Shown here piece after piece: positions 1 through 12,506 of a stretch of 64,000 bases of DNA. The notes below the pieces were generated by a model. That model did no database searches. It had not been told where the DNA came from and saw nothing but the letters and a program-made list of their open reading frames with translations. The stretch is from Vicugna vicugna (Eukaryota). The stretch is from positions 3,623,111 through 3,687,110 of the forward strand of contig MU058824.1 of NCBI GenBank assembly GCA_013265495.1, in the 5' to 3' direction. Position numbers and translations under genes: made by a program. Numbering within the stretch: position 1 is the stretch's first letter; the number at the start of each line of letters is the position of its first letter.

Positions 1-18
1 TTCAAAGTTGGTCCAAAA

Positions 19-177
19 CAGAGGCTCTCAACTTGGGCTGACCATTAGAATCATATATGCAGGAGCTCTTAAAAATGCTGTTGCCCAGGCCCCAATTTAA
101 CCAGAATTCCTGGCCATTAGTAGCTTTTAAGAACTCTCCCGGTTATCCTACTAAAGAGCCCCAGTGGAGAACCACCG
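19..177. mobile_element. MER5-type hAT-Charlie MITE, decayed
   Basis: Starts cagaggctctcaac, ends ggagaaccaccg (degenerate TIRs); internal attagaatca...gagctcttaaaaatgctgttgcccaggcccc typical of MER5. Confidence 0.7.
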
Positions 178-2493
178 TCCCAAGGCTTTAGCTCAGTACA
201 GATTGTGGCAGTGCAAGCTGATGTCCTCCCAGCTACAGCATTCATAGCTATGCTCCACTGTTTGAGCTTTACTTATCTTATGTCTCTTCAGTTCTTCTTG
301 TAAATGGCTTTGGATTAAAAGAACTCTATAAATTCAAGGACACTTCAATGCTTAAACAGTGGTAGATTAAACACAGTCAGAGACAGAAGGCAGTGGCTGA
401 CTTTAAGAAGCATTACTGTTTAAAAATATGCATACTCCAAGGTGAATACTACAACAGGAAGGATACTAGACCACCAACATAAAAACAATCAATATTCCTC
501 AAAACACAGAGACTGACTATTGTTGAAAACTTGGGGCTAATTTTTGCCCTGAAGCAACAATCTATGGGATGGAAGAGTTGTGAGGCTAACTTAATAAAAG
601 TGTATTTCACCCTTAAGGCTAAAGAAATATTCACCTGAAAAAAAAAAAAGAAATACTCATCTGAAAAATATGAAATTGCCACATTCAGCCATTACATCAA
701 CTTCACGTGATTCAGCCTAATACTTTACATTTTCAGTAAAAGACAGAAAAGTAGTGATTACAACAATAGTATTTTATTTTTATTTAATTTGTTTTATTTA
801 ACTTATTTTAGTTTTGCTTGATATTAAATACAAGCATTTTGGTGGAAATGTTGGCCAGATTACATGGCCTGCAAGACAGATAATTCTGCTTACCCATAAT
901 GAAAGGGACAATACAGTTTCGTGGGAGATGGGGACATAAGATATAAAATGGAGAGAAGGACTTCTAGGAGTGGGGCCAAACTAGCAGAAGCAGAAGGGGG
1001 AGTTGGGAATCACAGAAAATGAAAGTTAGAGCACCAGTATCCTGGTAGTGATATACCTATTACATAGTTTTGCAAGATGCTACCATTGGGGGAAACTGCA
1101 ATTCTTCCACCTAATTCTCTCCACTACCAACAATGTACCTCTGCTCCATTTCTTACAAAGACTACCTATGAAATATTTTAGCACACATCACTTTAAGGAC
1201 TATTTTCTAAATAACCACAGCAGTAGTATCACACCTACTTCTAACTTTAACTAGCATTAAATAATTTCTAAATTTTTTCATCCCTGAGATCCTGTAATTT
1301 CAAAAATTCATTTTTAATGAAAATTTCAATCCATAAAAAAAATCAGACCTGTATGACACATTGGTTAACACTTATATTGCCAAATTTTAGAATAAGTATC
1401 TCCTCCAAAATATGTTACTGTTTCTATTTTTGCTTGAGGAAAAAAGTGGTAGGTACCTCAGCATTAATTTTTTTTTAAGGTTAGTTTTTTCAAAGGTTAA
1501 AAACATCTCTATCAAAGACATATTTATCAGACAACTGGTAGGAAATATATGTTAAGCTCTTTGCAACGGTGATTGGCCAGATTAAACTTCTTATTTAAGG
1601 CAAAAAAATCCTAACCAAATAGAACTGGCAAAGATACAGCTACACTTAATGTAATGAGAGTTGGACCATTCAATTAGAAATTTAAATTTTGTAGCCTTTT
1701 TCATAAGGCTAATAAACATATTAAGTTAATTCTTAATTTACCCACTGCTCAACATTACAAATTTATATACCAGGTTGACATAGAAACACCAAGGGAAAAC
1801 TGCTACCACTAATAAGCTCACTAAACTTAGCAAGAAAGGTAAAGTTAACAGGGCTCCAAGAAGGCACAAGAAGGTCAGGAGCCACAAAGACTTCTGCACC
1901 CTACTCCATTGCCTCAAGATTTTTTTTTTCAAGAACACAGCAATAATTAAAATGAATGAGAAATAGAACCAGAATTTGAAAATTCTGGAAAATTTCTTTA
2001 TAGTCCATTTTGTATCTAAAGGAAGGTTAGTACATACACATAATAAAAACACATTTTGGAAGCAATAAACCCATGTTACAAAATCATTACACAATGATCA
2101 AAAAAAAAAAAACCCACACACATTTATCTTAAAGAATTTAAGAGACTTTAAATTACAAAACCAGCAGGTTGGATTACCAGGGCAATTATAGTTAAGATAA
2201 AACAACTATAGCGAAATTCCCACTAGAGCTGGATCTAGGTCAGAGAAGCTGACAAACAACTGGCTGGCAAAATAGAAGAGTCTCACAAGTCTTCCACACA
2301 TCTCTCAAGATGACAACTCACCCTTGGCACGTAAGCCCCCTAGTGAAGTGTTGGTTTGATTCCATTCTCAGATAAAAATATTTGGGTGTTTTTAGAAAGA
2401 ACTTATGCCAGAGTAATAGAATTTTACTCAACAAGTAACTGCCGTCCTGACATCAACTGGGATGGTTCCCTTGAGTTGATACCAAATCTCAAA

Positions 2494-2526
<33 letters not shown>

Positions 2527-3714
2527 TTATATCCTAGTGAGTGGACCTAGACATTTTAAAGTCTACTATAAATAGGTTCCTCTGACTATAACGCTTGTAT
2601 TTTGTTTCCTGATGATCAGAGGAATTTACAGTTACACTTACCATTTCATTTACTGTTAAAACAAAGATTATTAATTAACATAGCTATAAAAACTACAACT
2701 TGTTAGGAAATCTTTCAACAGTTCAAAGAATTGCTATATAACCTGCACAGGATTAGAATGATGTCTCAGGATATAGGAAAGGTTCTGACTCTTTAAAAGT
2801 TAATTTATTAATTTATTGAGTCCATAAATCCACACTCGGTACTTTGTTTTTTGTAATTTGTTTTACCAGGCATTATGGAGGACATACTGAGTATGCTAGA
2901 ATATGCCAAAAATACAAGGCAATTCCAAATGTAAAGTGAAGCCCCATTTTCCCAATAAGCTGATTTAGAACTAAGCTTTTTGGCATCCAAATATATAAAC
3001 TATTAGGCATACAGATGAAATAGTCTAATGTGGTCTACAGCACAAAGTAAAACCTCAAGAAATTATTACACACAAGAGTAAGTACCAGGCTGATTTCCTA
3101 GCCCACCTGAAACCACCAAAACAAACCAAAATCAAAAACAAAAACACAAAAAAACAAAACCAGACAAAATATACGAAATAACAGTATTTAAGACACTGGA
3201 TGTCAGACAATAAAAGACATTAAAATACCTGAGAGACAGATAAGTAAACTCTACCACTGCTCTAGCTTATTGCCTTGAGGGCATTTCCAGGCCATAGCAC
3301 AGGAAGTGGGAACCCAGGCAGACCCTGACAAACACCAAGAGTTTAAGAGAAAGAACTGAGAGCCGAGGGAGGCTGAGGCAGGTTAAGTTCAAAAGATACA
3401 GTATAAGGGGGACAGAAACAATCACAAAGATCTCCAACGGGTCCCACTGAGTATTTAGCAGACTATCTAGCACATGTGTAAAACTATCTGAGGCTGGGGA
3501 AAGAATCATGCAAAAGGATCAGACAGACTAGTACCAGGCACCCACATGGGCGTGGGAATAGCACTTGTTTCCACTAGCCAGGATGCAAAATCTCATAATT
3601 TATGTGGTGCTATGTAGAACACCTAGAAGGGTCTTACCGCAGTAATGGGACTTAACTAGCCCTAGACTAAACACTCCCTTGCTCCCACCTAACAAATCTT
3701 AAAAGCAAGACCCA

Positions 3715-5935
3715 CAAACCTACAGCCAGCATAGTTCTCAACGGTGAAAAACTCAAAAGCTTCCCACTAAAATCTGGGACAAGACAAGGATGCCCACTAT
3801 CACCACTCCTATTCAACATAGTCCTGGAAGTCCTAGCCACAGCAATCAGGCAAGAGAAAGAAAGAAAAGGGATCCAAATTGGAAAAGAAGAGGTAAAAGT
3901 GTCATTATATGCTGACGACATGTTACTATATATAGAAAACCCTAAAAGGTCCACACAAAAGCTACTAGAGCTGATCGAAGAATTCAGCAAGGTAGCAGGT
4001 TACAAAATTAATGTTCAAAAATCAGTTGCCTTTCTTTACACTAACGATAAATCAACAGAAAAAGAAAGTAAAGAAACAATCCCCTTTAAAATAGCACCCA
4101 AAGTAATAAAATATCTGGGAATAAATCTAACCAAGGAGGTGAAAGAATTATACACAGAAAACTATAAACCATTGATGAAGGAAATTAAAGAAGACTTTAA
4201 AAAATGGAAAGATATTCCATGCTCTTGGATTGGAAGAATCAATATTGTTAAAATGGTCACACTGCCCAAGGCAATCTACAGATTTAATGCAATCCCTATC
4301 CAATTACCCAGGACATATTTCACAGAACTAGAACAAATCATAATAAAATTTATATGGAACCATCAAAGACCTAGAATTGCTAAAGCATTACTGAAGAGAA
4401 AGAAAGAGGCTGGAGGAATAACTCTCCCAGACTTCAGACAATACTATAGAGCTACAGTCATCAAGACAGCATGGTATTGGTACCAAAACAGACATATAGA
4501 CCAATGGAACAGAATAGAGAGCCCAGAAATGAACCCACAAACTTTTGGTCAACTCATCTTCGACAAAGGAGGCAAGAATATACAATGGAATAAAGACAGT
4601 CTCTTCAGCAAATGGTGTTGGGAAAACTGGACAGCAGCATGTAAAACAATGAAGCTAGAACACACCCTTACACCATATACAAAAATCAACTCAAAATGGA
4701 TTAAAGACTTAAACATAAGACAAGATACAATAAACCTCCTAGAGGAAAACATAGGCAAAACATTATCTGACATACATTTCAAAAATTTTCTCCTAGAAGA
4801 AATAAAAGCAAGAATAAACAAATGGGACCTAATGAAACTTACAAGCTTCTGCAGAGCAAAGGAAACCAGAAATAAAACAAGAAGAAAACCTACGGAATGG
4901 GAGAAAATTTTTGCAAGTGAAACCGACAAAGGCTTGATCTCCAAAATATATAAGCAGCTCATACGACTCAATAAGAAAAAAATAAACAACCCAATCCAAA
5001 AATGGGCAGAAGACCTAAACAAGCAATTCTCCAAGGAAGACATACAAATGATCAAAAAGCACATGAAAAAATGTTCAATATCACTAATTATCAGAGAAAT
5101 GCAAATCAAAACTACAATGAGGTATCACCTCACACCAGTCAGAATGGCCGTCATTCAAAAATCCAAAAATGACAAATGCTGGAGAGGCTGTGGAGAAAGG
5201 GGAACCCTCCTACACTGCTGGTGGGAATGCAGTTTGGTGCAGCCACTATGGAAAACAGTGTGGAGATTCCTCAAAAGACTAGGAATAGACTTACCATATG
5301 ACCCAGGAATCCCACTCCTGGGCTTGTACCCAGAAGGAAATCTACTTCAGGATGACACCTGCACCCCAATGTTCATAGCAGCACTATTTACAATAGCCAA
5401 AACATGGAAACAACCTAAATGTCCATCAACAGGTGACTGGATAAAGAAGATGTGGTATATTTATACAATGGAATACTACTCAGCCATAAAAACCGACAAC
5501 ATAATGCCATTTGCAGCAACATGGATGCTCCTAGAGAATGTCATTCTAAGTGAAGTAAGCCAGAAAGAGAAAGAAAAATACCATATGAGATCGCTCATAT
5601 GTGGAATCTAAAAAACAAAAACAAACAAACAAACAAAAACAAAGCATAAATACAGGACAGAAATAGACTCATGGACAGAGAATACAGACTTGTGGTTACC
5701 AGGGGGGTAGAGGGTGGGAAGGGATAGACTGGGATTTCAAAATTGTAGAATAGATAAACAAGATTACACTGTATAGCACAGGGAAATATACACAAAATGT
5801 TATGATAAATCACAGAGAAAAAAATGTGACAATGAGTGTGTATATGTCCATGAATGACTGAAAAATTGTGCTGAACACTGGAATTTGACACAACATTGTA
5901 AAATGATTATAAATCAATAAAAAATGTTAAAAAAA
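3715..5935 (+). mobile_element. Young 5'-truncated L1 (ORF2 3' half, 3' UTR, A tail)
   Basis: Perfect 14-bp TSD aaaagcaagaccca at 3701-3714 and 5936-5949, preceded by TT (TT/AAAA endonuclease site); AATAAA at 5916 and an A tail. Confidence 0.97.
3716..5611 (+). CDS. L1 ORF2p C-terminal fragment (RT core with YADD plus CCHC domain); frame open but 5'-truncated
   Basis: Frame open from [30 protein letters not shown] through SLYADDM to [18 protein letters not shown]; matches ORF track 3899..5611. Confidence 0.93.
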   Translation, partial: KPTASIVLNGEKLKSFPLKSGTRQGCPLSPLLFNIVLEVLATAIRQEKERKGIQIGKEEVKVSLYADDMLLYIENPKRSTQKLLELIEEFSKVAGYKINVQKSVAFLYTNDKSTEKESKETIPFKIAPKVIKYLGINLTKEVKELYTENYKPLMKEIKEDFKKWKDIPCSWIGRINIVKMVTLPKAIYRFNAIPIQLPRTYFTELEQIIIKFIWNHQRPRIAKALLKRKKEAGGITLPDFRQYYRATVIKTAWYWYQNRHIDQWNRIESPEMNPQTFGQLIFDKGGKNIQWNKDSLFSKWCWENWTAACKTMKLEHTLTPYTKINSKWIKDLNIRQDTINLLEENIGKTLSDIHFKNFLLEEIKARINKWDLMKLTSFCRAKETRNKTRRKPTEWEKIFASETDKGLISKIYKQLIRLNKKKINNPIQKWAEDLNKQFSKEDIQMIKKHMKKCSISLIIREMQIKTTMRYHLTPVRMAVIQKSKNDKCWRGCGERGTLLHCWWECSLVQPLWKTVWRFLKRLGIDLPYDPGIPLLGLYPEGNLLQDDTCTPMFIAALFTIAKTWKQPKCPSTGDWIKKMWYIYTMEYYSAIKTDNIMPFAATWMLLENVILSEVSQKEKEKYHMRSLICGI

Positions 5936-6305
5936 AAAAGCAAGACCCAAAAGGATCAAATAATTGCAAAGTAATTTAATTTCATCCCAGAAGAAAGGTC
6001 ACAAATATATCTAGAAAAATAGAAATAATCAGCACCAATCAAGTTAAAATTAACATCTGGCACTTAATCAAAGACTGGAAGTTATGCAAAGAAGCATGAA
6101 AATATGACTCATAATGAGGAGAAAATCAATCTACTGAAACCAACCCAGACTTGACACGGATGTTAAAATTACAAGACAAGAACATTAAAACAGTGTACTA
6201 ATTATATTCCTTATGTTAAAAAAAAAAGAGTACAGACATGAATGATATAAAAAAAATCCAAATCAAACAAATAGATGAAAGCTATAGTATCTCAGATTAA
6301 AAACA

Positions 6306-6533
6306 TGCTGTCTACCCATAAAAACTAGCAACACTGTGCTACGTGGCCAATCTCTCTTGCTCCCTTGTCTTTGGAGATGGCCCGCACTCTGTCTACAGAG
6401 TGTGTATCTACTTTTACTTTAATCTGAGCACCCAAGCCCCACACCTCGTGGCCTTTCTCTCGCCTTCTGAAACAGCCTACACCCTGTGTAGTATGTATCT
6501 CTCTAAATAAATCTACTTTAACTAAAAAAAAAA
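6306..6533 (+). mobile_element. ERV LTR-like U3/R fragment ending in AATAAA plus A tail
   Basis: TATA-like cataaaaa near 6317, pyrimidine-rich R-like sequence with internal repeat, AATAAA at 6506, A-run from 6524; interrupts the old L1. Confidence 0.6.
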
Positions 6534-8340
6534 ATTGGCTAGAATTAGTGGCAGAATAGACACTGAGGAAGACTTGAGAACTTGAAGACATAGCAGTAAG
6601 AACTATCTAAAATAAAATATACAGAGAAAAAAGAAAGAAAAATAATGAAAACAGCATCAGTAAGCTGTGGGATAATTTAAAGTAAGCTAACACATTTTGG
6701 AGTATCCAAAGTAGGGAAACAGACAAAAGTTTAAATCATTGCTGAAATTTTTCCAAATTTTTTCTTTAGGTCATTCTTTAGGCATTCTTTTTGAGAACAT
6801 ATACCAAGAGAGACCATGTTCTGGGCTATAAAACAAGTTTCAATAAACTTAAAAGGATTTGAGTCATACAAAGTATGTTATCTGAACACAATGAACTAAA
6901 TAAGAAATCAACAACAGAAAGCTCTGTGGAGAATCCCAAAATATGTAAGGAAATTGAGTAACACACTTAAATAACCCATGAGTCAATGAAGAAATCAGAA
7001 AGGAAATGACAATATACACAAATGGAGAGAAAATGAAGATGCAATATATCAACATTTATCGGATGCTGCTAAAACAGTACTTAGGGGGAAATGCATAGCA
7101 GTAAAAGAATGGTTTCAAGTCAACAACTTCAGCTTCCACCTTAAGAAACTAGAAAAATAAGAGCAAATAACTTCCATTGTAAACAGAAAATATAAAATAA
7201 TAAAGATCAAAACTAAAAACAAAAAACTAGAACACTAAAAAAAAAAACAAAGAAACCAAAAAATCAAAAGCAGTTTCTTTGAAAAGATCAACAAAATGAA
7301 CTAATCACAAGCTAGACAGATAAAGAAAAAGAAAGAGGTGATATCATTAAAGACTCTATACATATTATGATCAGGGAAACAGCTCTGTGACAGTAAATTT
7401 AAGAACTTAGATGAAATTATTTTAAATCTTTGAAAAACATGAACCTCTAAAACTTATTGAAGAAAAAACTCCATAACCTAAGTAGCTCTATGTCTATTAA
7501 AAAGAATTTGTAGTTAAAAAACTTCTCACAAAGAAAACTCAAGACCTAGATGGCTTCACTGGTTAATTCTACCAAATACTTAAGAAAGAAATAGTAATAA
7601 TCCTGCATAAAGTATTTCAGAAAGTAGAATATTTCCCAATATATTCTATGAGGTCAGCATTACTCATACGAAAACCAAAGACACTGGAAGAGAAATACAA
7701 ATATCCGTCATTAATATATATATGCAAAAATTCTAAACATTACCTTACTAGATTGATTTCAACAATATATAAAAAAGGTAATATATCATGACCAAGTGTG
7801 GTTTAATCCAGGCATAAAGGTTGATTTGAAACTCAAAAAAATCAATGAATGTCATTCACTAAGTTAACAAAAACTACACGATCATCTCAATAAAACACAT
7901 AAAAAACACTTGACAAAATCCAGTATCCATTCCTGATAAAAATGATTAGCAAACTATAGAAGGAAATTTCCTCAATTCAATAAATGGTGTCTATAAAAAA
8001 CCCACAACTAACATTGTACATAATGGTGAAACACTATACTTTACCCTCAGAATCAGAAACAAAACAAAGATGTCCACTCCCACCACTTCTACTCAACATT
8101 GTACTGGATGTTCTATTCAGGGCAATACAGCAAGAAAAATAAAAGTCATCCATATTGGAAAGAAAGATGTCAAACTGTATTCACAGATGACATATTCAAC
8201 AATACAGAAAATACCCCAAAACTTCTAGAACTAATAAGCGATTTTTAGCAAAGTTATAAGCATCAAGATTAACACACATACCGACATGATTTAGCCATTT
8301 CACTTCCAGGTATTTACTCAAGATAAAAACATATGTCCAT

Positions 8341-8490
8341 GTATAACACAGGGAAATATACTCAAGATCTTGTAGTAGCTCGTGGTGAAAAAGAATATGA
8401 AAATGAATATGTGTATATTCATGTATGACTGAAAAATTGTGCTGAACACCAGAAATTGACACACTGTAAACTGACTGCAACTCAAAACAA
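8341..8490 (+). mobile_element. Short L1 3'-UTR insertion
   Basis: Similar to 5773-5910; 16-bp TSD aaaaa(c/t)atatgtccat at 8325-8340 and 8491-8506. Confidence 0.9.
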
Positions 8491-9429
8491 AAAAATATAT
8501 GTCCATTTAAGGCAAATGTTCTTGGCAGCTTTACTTGTAATAGACAAAACTAGAAACAATTAATATGTCCACCAACAGGTGAATGGAAAAACTGTGGTAT
8601 ATCTGTACAATGGATACACTGCAACCAAGACGTAAGTGTTGAGATCTGCTACATTATGGATGAATCTCAAAATAATTATGCTGATTGAAATAAGTCAGTC
8701 TTACCCCCAATAAAAAGAGTTCCTATTGTATGATTCTACTTATATAAAATTTTAGAAAATGCAAAATTAATCTACCATGACAGAAAGCACTGGTTCTTTG
8801 GGAGTGAAGAAAGATAGAGAGATGCAAGGGACAAGGATTACAAAGGAGCATGAGGAAACTTCTGAAGGTTTTGGATATGTTCACTATCTTGATTATGGTG
8901 ATGGCTTCCTATGTGTATACATAAATCAAAATTTATCATAGTGTACATTTTAAATGTTTGCAGTATGTCAATTATACTTTAACAAAGTTTTTTTTTAAAC
9001 AAAAGTATCACTTTGCTAACATGACACTTCACTCATAGGTTTTATTCAGAGCTATTTTCTGAAAACTTCTCCACAACTTCCCAAAGTATCTAATTGTGCT
9101 CATTCATAGGATACTAATGTGAAGGAGGAAATTCCTGGATTATTCTCCTGCCAGGGATTCTATGTCCACCTGCTATAGCAAAAGAAATGTTGTCTGCCTT
9201 GACAAGGTCTTGAAGGGTCACATGTAGAAATGCTAGCTCTTAAAAGGCATTTGAGCATGGTCCACCAACTAAAGGAGTTCTGTAGCTATCACGATTTGAC
9301 CACAAAATACTCTGTAAATTGTGGCTGCCATGCAGAGAAGAGGACCAGACTGAATACAGATTGATATGTCTCTTATTTCCTCTAAGCCTGAGATTTTTCA
9401 TCTAGAAAATGACAGCACTGGCCTTGAAA

Positions 9430-9545
9430 CAGTGATCTCCAATCATTCTGTGCCAGTCTAACACTGGGGGACTTGTTGAAACACAGGATCCTAGGTCTCA
9501 CCTACATAGCTTCTAATTCAGTAGACCTGGGGTAGAGCCTAGGGA
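9430..9545. mobile_element. MER5A-like fragment
   Basis: cagtgatctcc...cttgttgaaacacag...ttctaattcagtagacctggggtagagcc. Confidence 0.6.
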
Positions 9546-12506
9546 CATAATGTTAAATCCTGGCATAAAACAAAATTGGGAAATTTCTTGCCTTTTACGG
9601 CCTTCCAGCTCCAACATTCTTCAAGCATTATCTCCAAAGATTGTAATTAGAGCGGAGTGTCTGGCAGCCATAAGGGTGAAGGCAAGGTACAACAGTAGTA
9701 CTCTGAACAAGGTACACCATAGAAGGCCCTCAAGTTTAATGTTTAAGGGAATTGCTTTAAATTTTACTAATTTGGAAGAAGTAAGTTTAAATTTTTTGAG
9801 GATTAATGTCAAGCCTGATCTATGCTAAACAGGTGATTTCTGGTTAATCACTGTATTCTTTACTCCTTTTCAGACTTGCCAGAGATCCTAAGGACTGATT
9901 AGCTCTCCTGGTGTCTTTCTGTTTGTTCTAAAGCTATTCTCTCCCCTTTATTCTTGGAATATTTTAGAGCAAAGTGCAGATCAGAGATTCTACAGAACCA
10001 AAGACATTGTCCTACATACATGAAACTTCAAATGGAACAGCAACAGTCATAGGAACAGGAAGGCAAAGATTTCTGCAAGACCTTTAGAGTTTGAGCATGA
10101 AAAGTTGAAACAATTTTCCCCAAATCTCATAAAATTAGAGATACGGTACTAATGTCAACTATAAAAGCTGACCAAATTCCACTCTAACAAAATCAAAAGG
10201 TTCTCATATTGTCTATCTCGTCTCTGCTTCTACTGCTTCAAGTACAAAAATAACATCATTTTTTGGAAATAGTAAAGTTAAAACGAAATTTTAATTTCTC
10301 CCTCTACTAAATTGGTTTTTTATAATACTTGATGTAAGAGGTTAAAAAAACTTTCAAAAATTTTAAATAATAGTCATCTGTTAGGTAACCACGTATTTTA
10401 GTATTTGCTTAAGTATTCTAAAGATAGATTAAAATATTTTCATAGCCAATAGCATCAAATTACTGTAGCTCAATCCTGAATTTAGTCTTTATCCTAAAAT
10501 TTTATTAAAAAGCTACACCTCTGGACATAACTACAACTGAAAATCTGTTTTAAAAAGGATTACATGAATCAGACAGAAATAGAAAAATATACCTGTTAAA
10601 GTTGTTACATGAATAAATGTGAACAGCATGCAAACCATCTTTTATCTTTAAACTTTATTTCTGTTTGTGCCCTCAAATAGACAAGCCAATGATTTAATAC
10701 CTTGGGTATGTTTTGTGCCACTAGGCAAAGTAACCTAATTCTCTTAATTCCTGGAATTGGCTGCTATTCCAAGACTAGGAGAATTGCATTGAAAGTGGCT
10801 GTGGCATACTATAATACAATTAATACTCTGCAGAAAGAAAAATAAGCTTAATTTTATTCAGCAGATAAACTAATATATTTTGTTGCCACTTGCAAACCAA
10901 GTTGTCAGCCACTGTAAGCTACCCCATATTTCTTGATCTTTCACATATTGTGTACACAATCCTTCTTCTAATGATAGACTCTAAGGAGAATTACGAGATG
11001 GCTACCACAGTTATTTTATAATTTATGTATCTTTGTAATAAACATGTTCGTCAATCCACTCTAGAAAGAGAAAACATTTGTTTCCATATCAGCTAAAAAT
11101 ATATGCATTCATTATGTCCATTACTATAAAATTCATAATAAAACATACAAGTCTTAAGGGGGAAATGTCATATAAATAACTCCCAAACCTGTTAGACAAA
11201 TGAAAAACTTCAATCAGCAGAGTGATAGTGATACTCAAAAAAAAGGTCCTGACCTACCAAAAGACTGCCAAATGAGCATACATTAACTTAAAACATGTTT
11301 TAAGTTAAAATGTTTACCGTTCATACATATCATTTTTCGTGATTCTCCATTTTAATCAAGTAAATGACTACAGATCCTGATAGCATCAGACAAAAGGGCT
11401 GTCTACTCTAATCAAGGAAGAAATATCCATATTTTCTTAGTGAATCCAAATATCACATTCAATTTCCAGTACCACAACCCTCAAAAGAGACCTACTGAGT
11501 ACATAAAATATTAAGGAAACTGAATGGACTCCCTAAATAAGCACTTTAAGTTATAAGAAAAATCTCAAGCTTCTAGATCTAAAGGAAAAGGTGTGCATAT
11601 ATACACACAGACACACACATACATCAAGGTTTGTTGTTGGTAAAAATGTTATTTTTTTCCTGGGAATGTAAATGTAAAATATATCACTACTCTAATTTTT
11701 ATGTTAAGAAAAAGAAAGCCCATCTTATATAAATAAGTATGTCAATCTATTCTAGTTCTATAATGAAAGAACAGAAAACAAGAAAAAAGGGGGAAAGGAG
11801 GGACGCGTATCAGAGAATCAACCATAGGCACAATAGGCAAGTCTGATCAAAGTCAAATAGAAACACAACCAGAATGAAAACGGAGGGTAGCGGGAAAACG
11901 GAGAAGGACACAGCAGAACATACATGCACACAGGAACGGACAAACATATAGAAAATTACACAGAATAAAACTCCATCATGAGATTCTATTTAGGACAGAC
12001 TAAATAAATACAACCGTCCATGTTATGTATCTGCATCTACACGTGGAAACAGAAACATTAATTCTTTGCATTTAGCCAGAGGTTTCTCAAGCTTGATTTG
12101 CAGGGAGAAATGACAGGCAATGAAAAAGGAATAATTACAAAAAAGTCTGATTCTTTAAAAATGGTCAGCCCTCAGTCTCAACAAATCAATTCACAGTGAT
12201 GAAGAAAAGTGATACTATATCTATATGTATATATATACTTAAATATTTTTTAAAGAACAGTATTCATTTGATCCTCCCTATCTTCAGTATCTTCCTCTCC
12301 CTGTCTCCAGAAAGACTACACATTCTCTTTCAAGACCTAGATTAATACTTCCTTCATGAAGTTTTCCTGGTTTTCTCTCAGCAAGAGATAAACTCCCTCT
12401 TTTCTCTGAACAGAAAGAATATTTTATCATTCTCAGTTATTACCAAATTATCATTGTATACAAACCTCCTATATCTGAATATTTGTCCTCTATGCTTATA
12501 CTAGAT

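Larger units (their letters stand above)
3090..8985 (+). mobile_element. Old L1M-type LINE (5' region, ORF1/ORF2 remnants, 3' end) split by younger inserts at 3715-5935, 6306-6533 and 8341-8490
   Basis: Degenerate L1 motifs such as cctagatggcttcactggttaattctacc (7545), aaagatgtccactcccaccacttctactcaacatt (8066) and a 3'-end atggatgaatctcaaaataattatgctg; sequence continues across the young L1 TSD. Confidence 0.8.

Noticed and set aside
1738..2094. 118-aa hydrophobic minus-strand ORF
   Set aside because: By-product of A-rich plus strand; no recognisable homology or splice context
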